Source: Planctomycetota bacterium (GTDB lineage: Bacteria > Planctomycetota > Planctomycetia > Pirellulales > Pirellulaceae). From it: DNA of 64,000 nucleotides. A program made the position numbers and the translations under genes. The notes beneath the pieces are model-generated. The model saw only the letters and a program-made list of their open reading frames with translations. It was not told the origin of the DNA and did no database searches. Positions 41,001 to 51,474 of this stretch are shown here, in pieces; position 1 is the stretch's first letter, and each line of letters opens with the position of its first letter. The stretch lies in assembly GCA_038534355.1 (NCBI GenBank), contig JBCAWX010000016.1, positions 68,449-132,448 on the forward strand. Direction: 5' to 3'.

Positions 41001-41287
41001 CGTTCATCAAGTGAGCTTGCGAAGGTACCTTCGGTTGACGAATTCAATTGACTGGTTGACGCTGTGATCCAGGTAAATGGACTCACTGGGCTTGCCAGAA
41101 TCGGTGGCGTGATGCACTTGATCAAGACGAGCACCCAAAGGACATGTGCCAAATGAGGGCGGTCTTTTGCCAACCAACGAATGACCAAGCCGACTGCCAG
41201 TGCCAGTAACGCAACTTGCCAAATTTGGGTCAGCAGCAATTGAAATATCGAGTCCCAGAATGTACTCGGTGATGCGAACAGGATCAT
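38018..41287 (-). CDS. BlaR1-like M56 metallopeptidase with a secretin-like C-terminal region
   Basis: LWVLVLIK, GPAVIGLWKP..LLP, HELIH (HExxH), WFHPLVW, E.SCD. Downstream of blaI with an overlap. Confidence 0.85.
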   Translation of the reverse strand: MILFASPSTFWDSIFQLLLTQIWQVALLALAVGLVIRWLAKDRPHLAHVLWVLVLIKCITPPILASPVSPFTWITASTSQLNSSTEGTFASSLDERSPASKHDSLAELPSWSRNKIEPVVVYVNRRPDDRFDSSRDAATNITTADSDTDSSSTRGITWATWAAWLWLGGVAVSLLVAFIRWICFYIWIQRRRCDVTIERQLEADWLTPIKERVGLTRPVRLMVTESLVGPAVIGLWKPTVLLPRLLIETNAALRDDKNSEVDVDEVNSETLTTLIAHELIHIRRGDLWWALLQTIAGCLFWFHPLVWWACRRVTLESEKSCDEETIASLNCSPVSYAKNLIEVLEWKHRLRAAPVVPGIRPIDITTARLERVMKLGNGCKQRTPWWAWLVLGISCCLVLPGAAMGLRAQEGKATSNASNQSKLDSHGIDHQSDEAETQHRIKQWLPAEPEKKDASAQLVEKPRDDGINGETLPSAYYLSDDIQYFPKGPEFKLVREKDALTSVGIQQEIDRIQLPESEAAQTYQWSIPGVLKKVRQRRFTDNLTPEEAIVKQISNSIQWNSSTQVTLTGDRLRVLTTAKNAKTIEAKLSDWRKHGLDQIIIETRFLTMDHKALQKLKLDWAISDEAFNERQTKHVVPFLANLPYASRIYSNIEVESHRNNGGDELEKDSVTGEQQGQLVEQTPEVQTASYSSNTHFSLHTFLDDKQLRALFRHNVVQAPTVRTNLGKPAQVIDATMRPFITKFQKLDPNQPLSANNFQPIVKTIQEGRTLNQKVTQSPAGDLTLECGITIREITEVDTIEMTLIGKDVFLQQPKVSTREIQSKLTLPADKNTAAFCYFDKDKKGKSQACLVTATVRKVTFESLLSPQPQPNRVPANRFKRPQQFEFFLETERQSDKQKQASASSSESIAEWLRKSGWRTSVTGNAQIEVSEDGTLAVITGRKFKFYSNNRSDLSFQADTGRLEIQRGDHAIDSLEVELSGDGKARYEEMNLSAAKIKFRIAIEEDNELFNVTLDGGATISSPDGGDMFTANKIEYKYAPVEEGGQPTQTVLLYGNAQIQTQLSKDDGLPMSIKGDNLRFQLESQTFEAF

Positions 41288-41691
41288 TTTCGCTTCCCCT
41301 TGTCCGATTGGTCCGCTGATTGCTCCAGTTTTTCGACCAGCTTCTTAAGCTCAAAAATATCGTCGGCATCAATTTGACGATCTTCGATCAAGTGACGCAC
41401 TAACGGCATGGTGTCTCCACCAAAGAGACGCTGAACCAGATCATCTACAGTTTCTCGAATGACCGTACGTGGTCGAGTTCGCGCAGAATAGACTCGACGC
41501 CGACCCTCTTTCTTTGACGTCGCGTGCCCTTTGGTTTCGAGTCGACGGAGGTAGGTTTGGACCGTCGAAAAATCCATCTTGCGATTTTCCGCTAACGATT
41601 CAAATACCTCTCGAACCGTTGCCGGTCCAACTTCCCACAACGTTCTGGCTACTTCCATCTCCCCTTTGGAGAGTGCCGGTCGATCGACCAT
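41284..41691 (-). CDS. BlaI/MecI/CopY family transcriptional repressor
   Basis: LS.GEMEV...LW..GPATVREV...STVQTYLRRL..KG...Y.A...LVQRLFGG...LV.HL. Confidence 0.9.
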   Translation of the reverse strand: MVDRPALSKGEMEVARTLWEVGPATVREVFESLAENRKMDFSTVQTYLRRLETKGHATSKKEGRRRVYSARTRPRTVIRETVDDLVQRLFGGDTMPLVRHLIEDRQIDADDIFELKKLVEKLEQSADQSDKGKRK

Positions 41692-41760
41692 GATTCCGTT
41701 TCCCTGGCGGTTGAACGTACCGTGCAACGATCAAAATACGATCTCGCAGATTCCATTGCA

Positions 41761-41810
41761 CGTACAAATGTACGTCGAGAATTCTAAGCGTACAATTGTA
41801 CGTCAGTCAA
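41761..41810 (-). promoter_or_regulatory. blaI promoter with two BlaI/CopY-type operators
   Basis: Palindromes CGTACA-AA-TGTACG (41761-41774) and CGTACA-AT-TGTACG (41789-41802). Minus-strand TTGACT-18 bp-TAGAAT. Confidence 0.8.
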
Positions 41811-41974
41811 GCCGAGTTTGGGAATTCAAGATGAGTGCTATCAATTGCACTGCTGGGTTTCAATAGAACTGACCTGAGCCAGTTTCGTGCATACGGCGAT
41901 TCAAGCGACCACTCGCTGACGAACGAGATGGTCTCAAAATCTGTTGCCGGTATGGGCAAACACTCTGACGATAA

Positions 41975-44452
<2,478 letters not shown>

Positions 44453-44458
44453 TCAGAG

Positions 44459-44830
44459 TTACCGAATTTTGGTGACTTTGAATCGAATATCTTTAATGTT
44501 TGATTTGGGCAATCGTTTTTTGAGTTCGTTGACGAGCTGCCGTTTTTGAAATTCCAGTTGTTGTCTTGCTGCCGAGCTGTCGACCAAAATCTCCAACACT
44601 CCGCTTCGCACAATCGATACTCTGGTTTTTGAATGAAATTGTTTGTCGAGTATTTCCTGCCAGACGTTTCCTAGTTCGTCCTGCGACTCAACCTGGTTGT
44701 ATCCTTTTCGAGCCATGAGCTGGCCCAACAAATCTGCGGTTCGTTTTGGTCGACGTTGAAAGCGTTGACGTTTTTGAACGAGTTTGTGTGTGTCTTGAAG
44801 ATCCTCTTCTTCGTAGGGCGAATGGGTCAT
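44459..44830 (-). CDS. DUF721/DciA family protein
   Basis: Lies between dnaN and gyrB. L..VW..I...R.GVL.I.V.SS...QQL...K..L...L...I.DIRF pattern. Confidence 0.75.
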   Translation of the reverse strand: MTHSPYEEEDLQDTHKLVQKRQRFQRRPKRTADLLGQLMARKGYNQVESQDELGNVWQEILDKQFHSKTRVSIVRSGVLEILVDSSAARQQLEFQKRQLVNELKKRLPKSNIKDIRFKVTKIR

Positions 44831-44948
44831 GATTCTTTGCCGAAAGGGTTCCAATCAGTTGACGTCATTCAGCTGTAGATCAACGGTAATGCTTACGAAT
44901 CAGCAATCACTGGTCAGTTCCAATCGATCGATTATCGATTGTTTAGGA

Positions 44949-46061
44949 TTACCGTCGGTCTTTGGAAAGCGGCATAATGACGTAGCCATACTTGTCCGGT
45001 GTACTGCAATAAGCTGCTGCTTCGCTGTTTTCGATATCAAACGTAAACACTTGATCCGCATCGAGCACTTTGAGGAAGTCTGCTACGAAACGATGGTCCA
45101 GCGTGATCGAGACTTCATCTCCTGAAAAAGGGACTGGCATCTCGACTTTGGATTGCCCGACCTCAGCGGTTGAGCTGCTCAGTTCCAAGGTCCCTTCTTT
45201 GAAAGTGAAATCAATTCCTCGGCTTTCATCACTGGCGACAATCGCAGCTTGGCGAATCGCTGAATAGAGTGGTCCGGCCGGGATTTCGATCAAGTTGGTT
45301 TGATCTCGTTTAGGCAATACTTCGCGCCATGGCGGAAACCGTCCTTCGACCAATCGCGTGTAAAAGACGCCTCCTGGTTCCTCGATCATCAAATCATTGG
45401 ATTGTGCGGCGACTTTGATCGCTGTCTCATCGTCTGGGAGCATCCGCTCGATCAACTGCATTGATTTGGACGGGACAATGGTCGATCCATTATCGGTCGG
45501 ACTGCCGACGGTGGTCATCTGACCTTCCATTTTGGCCAGTCGACGGCCATCGGTACCGACAGCAATGATTGTGTCACCTTCGAGTTCCAATTTGACGCCA
45601 CCGAGTGCGTATCGGCTGCTTTCGGTATCGGTCGCAAACAGGGTTCTACGGATCAGATCCTTGAGCACGCTTGCATTGACTTCGTAGTAGTTCTTGGAAT
45701 CGAAACGATTGACTTCAGGAAACTCATCGGGATTCTGTCCCTGGAGTTCAAAATGACTACTGGGACCTGAAACGATGATCTTGCTATCATCGACTTCGAT
45801 TTCGAGCGTTTCACAAGTGGATTCTCGCAGAATCGAATTCATACGAGTGACTGGCAAGATCGCACTTCCAGCTGACTCGACGGTCACATTCGGGACCGCC
45901 AATCGCACGCTGACTTCGGTGTCGGTTGCGGTCAGGTAACTTTCCTTACCAGCATCCAGTTTGACGTTCATCAAAATCTCTTTGGGGCTGCGGTTTGGAG
46001 CAACCGCTGCGGCCAATTGAAAGACTTTGAGAAACGATTCTCGATCAATTTTTATTTTCAC
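44949..46061 (-). CDS. dnaN: DNA polymerase III beta clamp
   Basis: LTATDTE, ALGGV, GTDGRRLA, RLVEGRFP.WREV, YVIMPL. GTG start. Confidence 0.95.
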   Translation of the reverse strand: MKIKIDRESFLKVFQLAAAVAPNRSPKEILMNVKLDAGKESYLTATDTEVSVRLAVPNVTVESAGSAILPVTRMNSILRESTCETLEIEVDDSKIIVSGPSSHFELQGQNPDEFPEVNRFDSKNYYEVNASVLKDLIRRTLFATDTESSRYALGGVKLELEGDTIIAVGTDGRRLAKMEGQMTTVGSPTDNGSTIVPSKSMQLIERMLPDDETAIKVAAQSNDLMIEEPGGVFYTRLVEGRFPPWREVLPKRDQTNLIEIPAGPLYSAIRQAAIVASDESRGIDFTFKEGTLELSSSTAEVGQSKVEMPVPFSGDEVSITLDHRFVADFLKVLDADQVFTFDIENSEAAAYCSTPDKYGYVIMPLSKDRR

Positions 46062-46364
46062 GTTTTATCCTGTCGCAAATGGGCTCTCGCTGTTTCAAGC
46101 GAAGCTCTTTCTTTTTATTAAGTCTTATTCTTGTTATTAGTATTAAACGGATCCAAATTTTGTTGACAACGGAACCAGATTGGAAGTTTGACCATTGGTT
46201 TTCAAAGGTTTATCGATGTTTTCGATCGTGGAAAACCGGTTGATGAAGTGTTGGTGGTTTGTTGAATGACAGTCGATGAAATTGTTGATAACTCGGAGTT
46301 TTGAACTTGATGTTCGTAACACCCTTGGTTGTCAACCGATTGCGAACGAACAATTGACAGGTTT
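46062..46364. other. Candidate replication origin (dnaA-dnaN intergenic region)
   Basis: AT-rich tract at about 46108-46146 with eight NAN triplets, plus at least five degenerate DnaA-box-like 9-mers. Confidence 0.55.
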
Positions 46365-47585
46365 TCAAACAAAGGAAAACCGATTTGCAAACTGTTCGGT
46401 TAGGTGTTGATTCAAATGATCAACGATCTTGGCAGTGGCGATCGCGTCGGGTGACGGTTCGCAGATCAGTTTTTCCAATTTTCGATGAGCGTGCAAAATG
46501 GTGGAATGATCTCGATTACCGAAATAGGAACCGATCTTTTGAAAGCTCAGCGGCAACATCGTTCGCAACAGGTAGATTGCAACGCCGCGAGCAAGGACAA
46601 CGGTCTGATTTCGGCGATCACTTTTTAGTTCAGTCGGTTTGAGATGAAACTCTTTGGCGACACTGGTAATGACCAAACGAGCCATGGTTTCGATATCTTC
46701 AGGCGAGCGTTGTTGCAACTGCAGTAGCTGTTTTGTATCGATCGCGACTGTTGGATCAAAGTTTGGGTCGGAATGAATCGCCAACTTGAGTTGGTTAAAA
46801 AACTGATGGATTTTTGGGACCGTGACAATCATTTGGTCCACCATTTGATCGACCGCGTCATCGGTCAGATTGATTTGGTAACGGTCGGCGAAATCGATGA
46901 TGATCTGTTTTCGAGCGAGCACTCCAGGTGGTTGTAACGGCAAGCAAAGTCCGGCGGTCAGCCGGGAACACAATCGTGGAAGCAGACCGTCATGGTTGGT
47001 CGGAGAACGATCGACCGTGATCAGGAAAGGTCGGTTTTTTTCGGGTAAAAGGTCCAAAATGGACGCCAGTTGACGTTGGGCACCCGGCTTGTTGGTCAAT
47101 TTATGCAAATCATCTATGACGACACCCGACGCCATCAAAAAACTTCTTTGAAAGTCATCGATCGAATTGGTTTCCAATGCCAATCGATAGCGACGATCAA
47201 AATCAGGTGCCGACAGGAACAGCGGTTTATCAGAAGCGTTTGACAGGTTTGTGTCATCAGACAGACGGGCAAGAATTGCCATCGCCAGGGATGTCTTGCC
47301 AGTACCAGGAGCCCCATACAGTACCAATGGCCACGTGGCCAGTTCAGCATCGATCTGTCGATTCATCGCCGAAGGTTGGTCAGCGAAATATTGCAACAGA
47401 AAATTAGGTTGGTCTCCTACGAACCGAGCTAATCCGGTAGGCGAGGTCGATTCAGCTGTTGTTTCGCCAGAGAAGTTGGTGCTCCACAAATGCTGAAACG
47501 GAATCGAAAACACTTGCTCGAGCGGAGACTCGGCAGGCGTCAACGGACCGGCATCAGACGCGGTTGGGGGGAGCGATCGGTTCAT
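46365..47585 (-). CDS. dnaA: DnaA-like protein lacking canonical domain I
   Basis: Walker A GAPGTGKT, Walker B VIDDLH, SRL.AGL, domain IV ARGVAIYL...IG.YFGNRDHSTILHA. Confidence 0.8.
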   Translation of the reverse strand: MNRSLPPTASDAGPLTPAESPLEQVFSIPFQHLWSTNFSGETTAESTSPTGLARFVGDQPNFLLQYFADQPSAMNRQIDAELATWPLVLYGAPGTGKTSLAMAILARLSDDTNLSNASDKPLFLSAPDFDRRYRLALETNSIDDFQRSFLMASGVVIDDLHKLTNKPGAQRQLASILDLLPEKNRPFLITVDRSPTNHDGLLPRLCSRLTAGLCLPLQPPGVLARKQIIIDFADRYQINLTDDAVDQMVDQMIVTVPKIHQFFNQLKLAIHSDPNFDPTVAIDTKQLLQLQQRSPEDIETMARLVITSVAKEFHLKPTELKSDRRNQTVVLARGVAIYLLRTMLPLSFQKIGSYFGNRDHSTILHAHRKLEKLICEPSPDAIATAKIVDHLNQHLTEQFANRFSFV

Positions 47586-47768
47586 TCAAATTGAGAGCCA
47601 TAAATACGATTCAAGCGGTTATTTTTACCGCCCCAAATCTTACCATTTTTGGCCACCTAATACGACGGGGCTTTCCCTTTTTTTGGCCCTATTTTTCACC
47701 AATTTTTGAACAAAAAAACACCATCAAAATTGCTGTCAAATTTCCTTTCAAAAACCTTCTGGATTTGA

Positions 47769-48947
47769 TCAGGAATTTCGCTGAACAATGCCCGAAATTC
47801 TTTCAATAGCCTGTTCGATTTCATCCAGCGAGTTGGAAGGACCGACGCTGATTCGAATCGAAGCCTCGATCGTAGTTTTGGGTAGACCCATCGCCATCAG
47901 TACAGGCGAAGGTTCGCTGGATCCGCTGGCACAAGCTGAACCTGTCGAGATGGCCAAACCAGCCATATCGGCGGACATCAAAAATGACTGGCGGTCAAAT
48001 TCGGGAAAGGCAAGATTTAACGTTTGCGGTGTCCGCGAGACTTGAGCACTATTGACGACCATGCCATCAAAACGTTGTTGCAGTCCATCTTGCAAGTGAT
48101 CGCGAAGCTGACGAAGGTGTTGCTCGCGTTCAGCTGGAGCATCGGTGTAGTCTCGAAGCGCTTGCCACATTCCGGCCACCAGTGCCACGTCTTCGGTACC
48201 CGGCCGAATCGCCATTTGTTGAAACCCGCCGAACAATTGCGGCTCTGGAGCAACACCATGTTTCAACAGCAGTCCGCCAATCCCACGGGGTCCAGCAAAT
48301 TTATGCGCGGTCAAACTTAACGCGTCAACTCCGAGCTCATTAAACGAAACCCTGATTTTGCCAATCGCCTGGACCGCATCGGTATGGAATAAAACACCCT
48401 GTTGTCTGCAGCAGGATGCCAGTTCCTGGATCGGTTCAATGACCCCCGTTTCGTTGTTGGCCAACATGATACTGACCAACGCAGTTGGCGACTCAATCCA
48501 ACGCCTCAACGTATCTTGGCAGACGAGTCCCTGTTGGTTGACGGGCAATTTGTGAACCTCAAAACCAAGCCGGGCAAGTTGTTCAGCCGCTGCGATGACG
48601 GCAGGATGCTCGATCGCGGAGACAATGACTTTCGGATAGGCATCTGAATCGATGGCTCCCTTTTCGATCAAACGCTGTCGACTGAGAGCGGCCAAACCAA
48701 ATAGGGCAAGATTGTCGCTTTCAGTGCCACCGCTGGTAAATACGAGTTGGTCGGCAGCCATCCCTTTGGCATTTCCGCCAAGCATCTCGATCAATTCGCT
48801 GCGGTAGATTTCCAATTGTCGCCGCGCAGCCTGACCGGCGCGATGTTGGCTGGCAGGGTTAACGAATCCTGCTTGCAACGTTTCGGTCATCTTCGCAATC
48901 ACGCTTGGAGCGATCGGAGACGTAGAGTTGTGATCGAGATAAATCAA
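47769..48947 (-). CDS. Cysteine desulfurase (IscS/NifS class I)
   Basis: IYLDHNSTSP, FTSGGTES, IEHPAV, HTDAVQ, AHKFAGP, STGSACASG. Confidence 0.92.
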   Translation of the reverse strand: MIYLDHNSTSPIAPSVIAKMTETLQAGFVNPASQHRAGQAARRQLEIYRSELIEMLGGNAKGMAADQLVFTSGGTESDNLALFGLAALSRQRLIEKGAIDSDAYPKVIVSAIEHPAVIAAAEQLARLGFEVHKLPVNQQGLVCQDTLRRWIESPTALVSIMLANNETGVIEPIQELASCCRQQGVLFHTDAVQAIGKIRVSFNELGVDALSLTAHKFAGPRGIGGLLLKHGVAPEPQLFGGFQQMAIRPGTEDVALVAGMWQALRDYTDAPAEREQHLRQLRDHLQDGLQQRFDGMVVNSAQVSRTPQTLNLAFPEFDRQSFLMSADMAGLAISTGSACASGSSEPSPVLMAMGLPKTTIEASIRISVGPSNSLDEIEQAIERISGIVQRNS

Positions 48948-48951
48948 AGGG

Positions 48952-49680
48952 CTATTGAGCGGAATCGAGCAATTGCTGAGCTTCGTCAGATTCGGATAAA
49001 GCGATCGACTTTTTCAGCCGATCGATGGCGCGAGTCTTTTGATTCATTTGCAAATCCAGTTCACCAAGCTCCAGGTAAACTTCGGCGACGAGTTCATTGA
49101 GTTCCTGTTTGAATTGGTCGGGATCATCTTTTTCCAAATTCAAAGCAAATTCCATCACATCGGGCACTTTCAAGTACATCTCGTCGCGAGCCAACTCGGC
49201 AATCACTGGCCAAAAGACTTTGGCAGCTTTAGGGTACTCAAGATTCCAGGCGGTCCAGATGTTTCCTTGATCACCCGTTTTCGCGAGGTATTCGATTAAC
49301 AACCGGGCATCGCAGTCCCGAGGAAGCCGCATCTGATCAGGCATTTCGGTGAATCGACCATCCCATAACAAATGCCAAGTCTGCTGATCGCCTGTTTTGC
49401 CGGTCGGTGTAATCAATCCCGAGTTGAGGAGTTGGCGGCAAACAGGATCAACAACGGGTTTATATTCGATCCCCGACCAAGTCACATTAAACAGCGGAAT
49501 CGTCTGATACTCGTAACTGCGGACCGTAAAATCATCTGGCGAAAACTCCCGTCCAGCGTGGTAACCACTGGTGAATAGCGTGGGAATGCCGAACAACAAC
49601 GTAGCTACGGTCCCAATGACCATGATCAAGATCAGGACACGGCGATTGGTTCGACCAGAGCGAGGTAGAGATTGAGCCAT
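48952..49680 (-). CDS. Hypothetical membrane-anchored protein with a C-terminal TPR-like helix
   Basis: N-terminal TM helix and GREFSPDDF motif. Co-oriented with the cysteine desulfurase gene. Confidence 0.65.
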   Translation of the reverse strand: MAQSLPRSGRTNRRVLILIMVIGTVATLLFGIPTLFTSGYHAGREFSPDDFTVRSYEYQTIPLFNVTWSGIEYKPVVDPVCRQLLNSGLITPTGKTGDQQTWHLLWDGRFTEMPDQMRLPRDCDARLLIEYLAKTGDQGNIWTAWNLEYPKAAKVFWPVIAELARDEMYLKVPDVMEFALNLEKDDPDQFKQELNELVAEVYLELGELDLQMNQKTRAIDRLKKSIALSESDEAQQLLDSAQ

Positions 49681-49877
49681 GAAGGAATATTCATTTGAGA
49701 AAGTCGACGACCCACCATTTTAGCCCGCTGTCGACGAAAGACCATTGGAACTGAGAATCAAAAAACGGACAAATACACGACCAGATCGGGCTTGTCACAA
49801 CCTTACACGGAACCAATAATCCCCGCACGCAAAAATCGCTTATTAATTTTTGATCGACATTCAGGTCGGGATAGAGA

Positions 49878-50621
49878 TTGAACGATACATTTACCAATTC
49901 GGATCAGTTCAATGACGACGTGGAAAACACGCCAGAATACCGCTGGCCCACCGATCTCGATTCACGTAAACGACGCGTCGAAGCGGTGTTGTTGATGGCC
50001 AGGAAACCACTCAACTCGCGGAAGATCAGTCAGCTGGCCGAATTGGAAGATGGAACTCAAGCGCGAACGCTGATCAAACAAATCAATACGGCCTATGATC
50101 AAAAACAACGCGCGTTTCACATCAAACGCGTCGCTGGCGGTTACCAGATGCGAACCCGACCTCAGTTTTCAGACTGGCTTCGACGGCTCGATCACATACC
50201 CGCTCACACGCGGCTTTCCACGCCCGCGTTGGAGACCTTGACGGTCGTCGCCTATCGACAGCCCATCATTAAAGCCGACATTGAAGCAGTTCGCGGAGTA
50301 TCCTGCGGAGAGATGCTCCGACAACTGCTTGAAAAGGGACTGATCAAGATCGCCGGCCGCAGCGAAAACCTGGGACGCCCCTTTTTATATGCGACCACAA
50401 AAGACTTTTTGACACAGTTTGGGCTCAACACTCTCAACGAATTGCCACGATCCAAACAACTTTCAGGAAAAGGCTTGCCTCAATGGGCAACTTCTGATGA
50501 AAATCATGCTCCCGATACCCGGGAGATGCTTTCAGTTGAATCTTCATTTTCGAAACCACAACCAGATAATCATCCGAATGATCCGTCCGATGATGGGTCG
50601 CCACAGGAGGAAGCAGAATGA
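49878..50621 (+). CDS. scpB: SMC-Scp complex subunit ScpB
   Basis: VEAVL, VAGGYQMRT, LS.PALETL.VVAYRQPI.KA.IEAVRGV, GRP.LY.TTK.FL..FGL..L.ELP. Confidence 0.93.
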   Translation: MNDTFTNSDQFNDDVENTPEYRWPTDLDSRKRRVEAVLLMARKPLNSRKISQLAELEDGTQARTLIKQINTAYDQKQRAFHIKRVAGGYQMRTRPQFSDWLRRLDHIPAHTRLSTPALETLTVVAYRQPIIKADIEAVRGVSCGEMLRQLLEKGLIKIAGRSENLGRPFLYATTKDFLTQFGLNTLNELPRSKQLSGKGLPQWATSDENHAPDTREMLSVESSFSKPQPDNHPNDPSDDGSPQEEAE

Positions 50622-51151
50622 GCCTCAACGCTGTTCCATCAACTCAACCAAACCCTTCCACGGAATTCCTGCTGAATGAACCGTTTGACTTTGCATTGAA
50701 GTCATTGATCGCAAATGTCGACATCCTCGCCGTTGATGAAGACGAGGACGAAGATGAATTCGACGATGACGAGGAGGAAGAGGAGTACGAAGAAGAGGAT
50801 GAGGAGGGTGAAGAGTACGAATACGAAGATGAAGAAGACGAGTATGAGTACGAAGAAGAAGACGAGGATGAAGTCGAGGACGGCGAAGATGACGACGTCG
50901 AGTATGAAGACGACGATGAGGAGCAAGACGAAGAGTACATCGAAGATGATGACGATGAATACGAAGATGACGATGAAGAGTACGACAGCGACGACGAAGA
51001 ATATGAATCAGAGGAAGAAGACGTCGACGATGATGACGACGAAGAAGAAGAGTACGATGACGATTTAGAAGAAGACGAATGGGAAGAAGTCGATGATGAT
51101 GATCTCGATGACGACGAGTGGGATGACGACGACGATGACGAGTGGGATTGA
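50618..51151 (+). CDS. Hyperacidic, probably disordered protein
   Basis: ATGA overlap with the scpB stop. A 39-aa head is followed by a 138-aa tail with about 111 D/E, encoded by mixed GAT/GAC/GAA/GAG codons. Confidence 0.75.
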   Translation: MSLNAVPSTQPNPSTEFLLNEPFDFALKSLIANVDILAVDEDEDEDEFDDDEEEEEYEEEDEEGEEYEYEDEEDEYEYEEEDEDEVEDGEDDDVEYEDDDEEQDEEYIEDDDDEYEDDDEEYDSDDEEYESEEEDVDDDDDEEEEYDDDLEEDEWEEVDDDDLDDDEWDDDDDDEWD

Positions 51152-51474
51152 GCTCTCAGCCGCTCTCAGCCCATTGCCAATGAAACACGCATCAATTTCG
51201 CCCTTCGGTGACGAAACGAGTAAGACTTAGTCGCTACGTCATCGATCAGGCGCTTTGAGGTGGTCGATTTGAGGTGACAAAAATCGATTCATCGAAGGCG
51301 GATCGGCAACCCATTCGGAATACCGCCAAGCGGAAAAGAAAAACGTCGCAATCAGCGACTCGTTTTGCTGTGAACCGCTGACAAACGAGCAGAGAACGAC
51401 AAGTTCAACACTTGTCTGCAAGCGGTTGGACGCGGAAAATACCACGACTCGTTTCTACCCAAGCCAAAAGACGA

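Noticed and set aside
50644-51068. Poly-Ser, hydrophobic and Thr/Lys/Met-rich ORFs overlapping the acidic gene
   Set aside because: Antisense or off-frame shadows of the GAN codon run. Only the D/E frame has a coupled start.
51225-51240. GTAGCG-starting motifs in several intergenic regions as a REP family
   Set aside because: Copies share only about 6 nt, no common palindrome, and no RAYT transposase is in the window.
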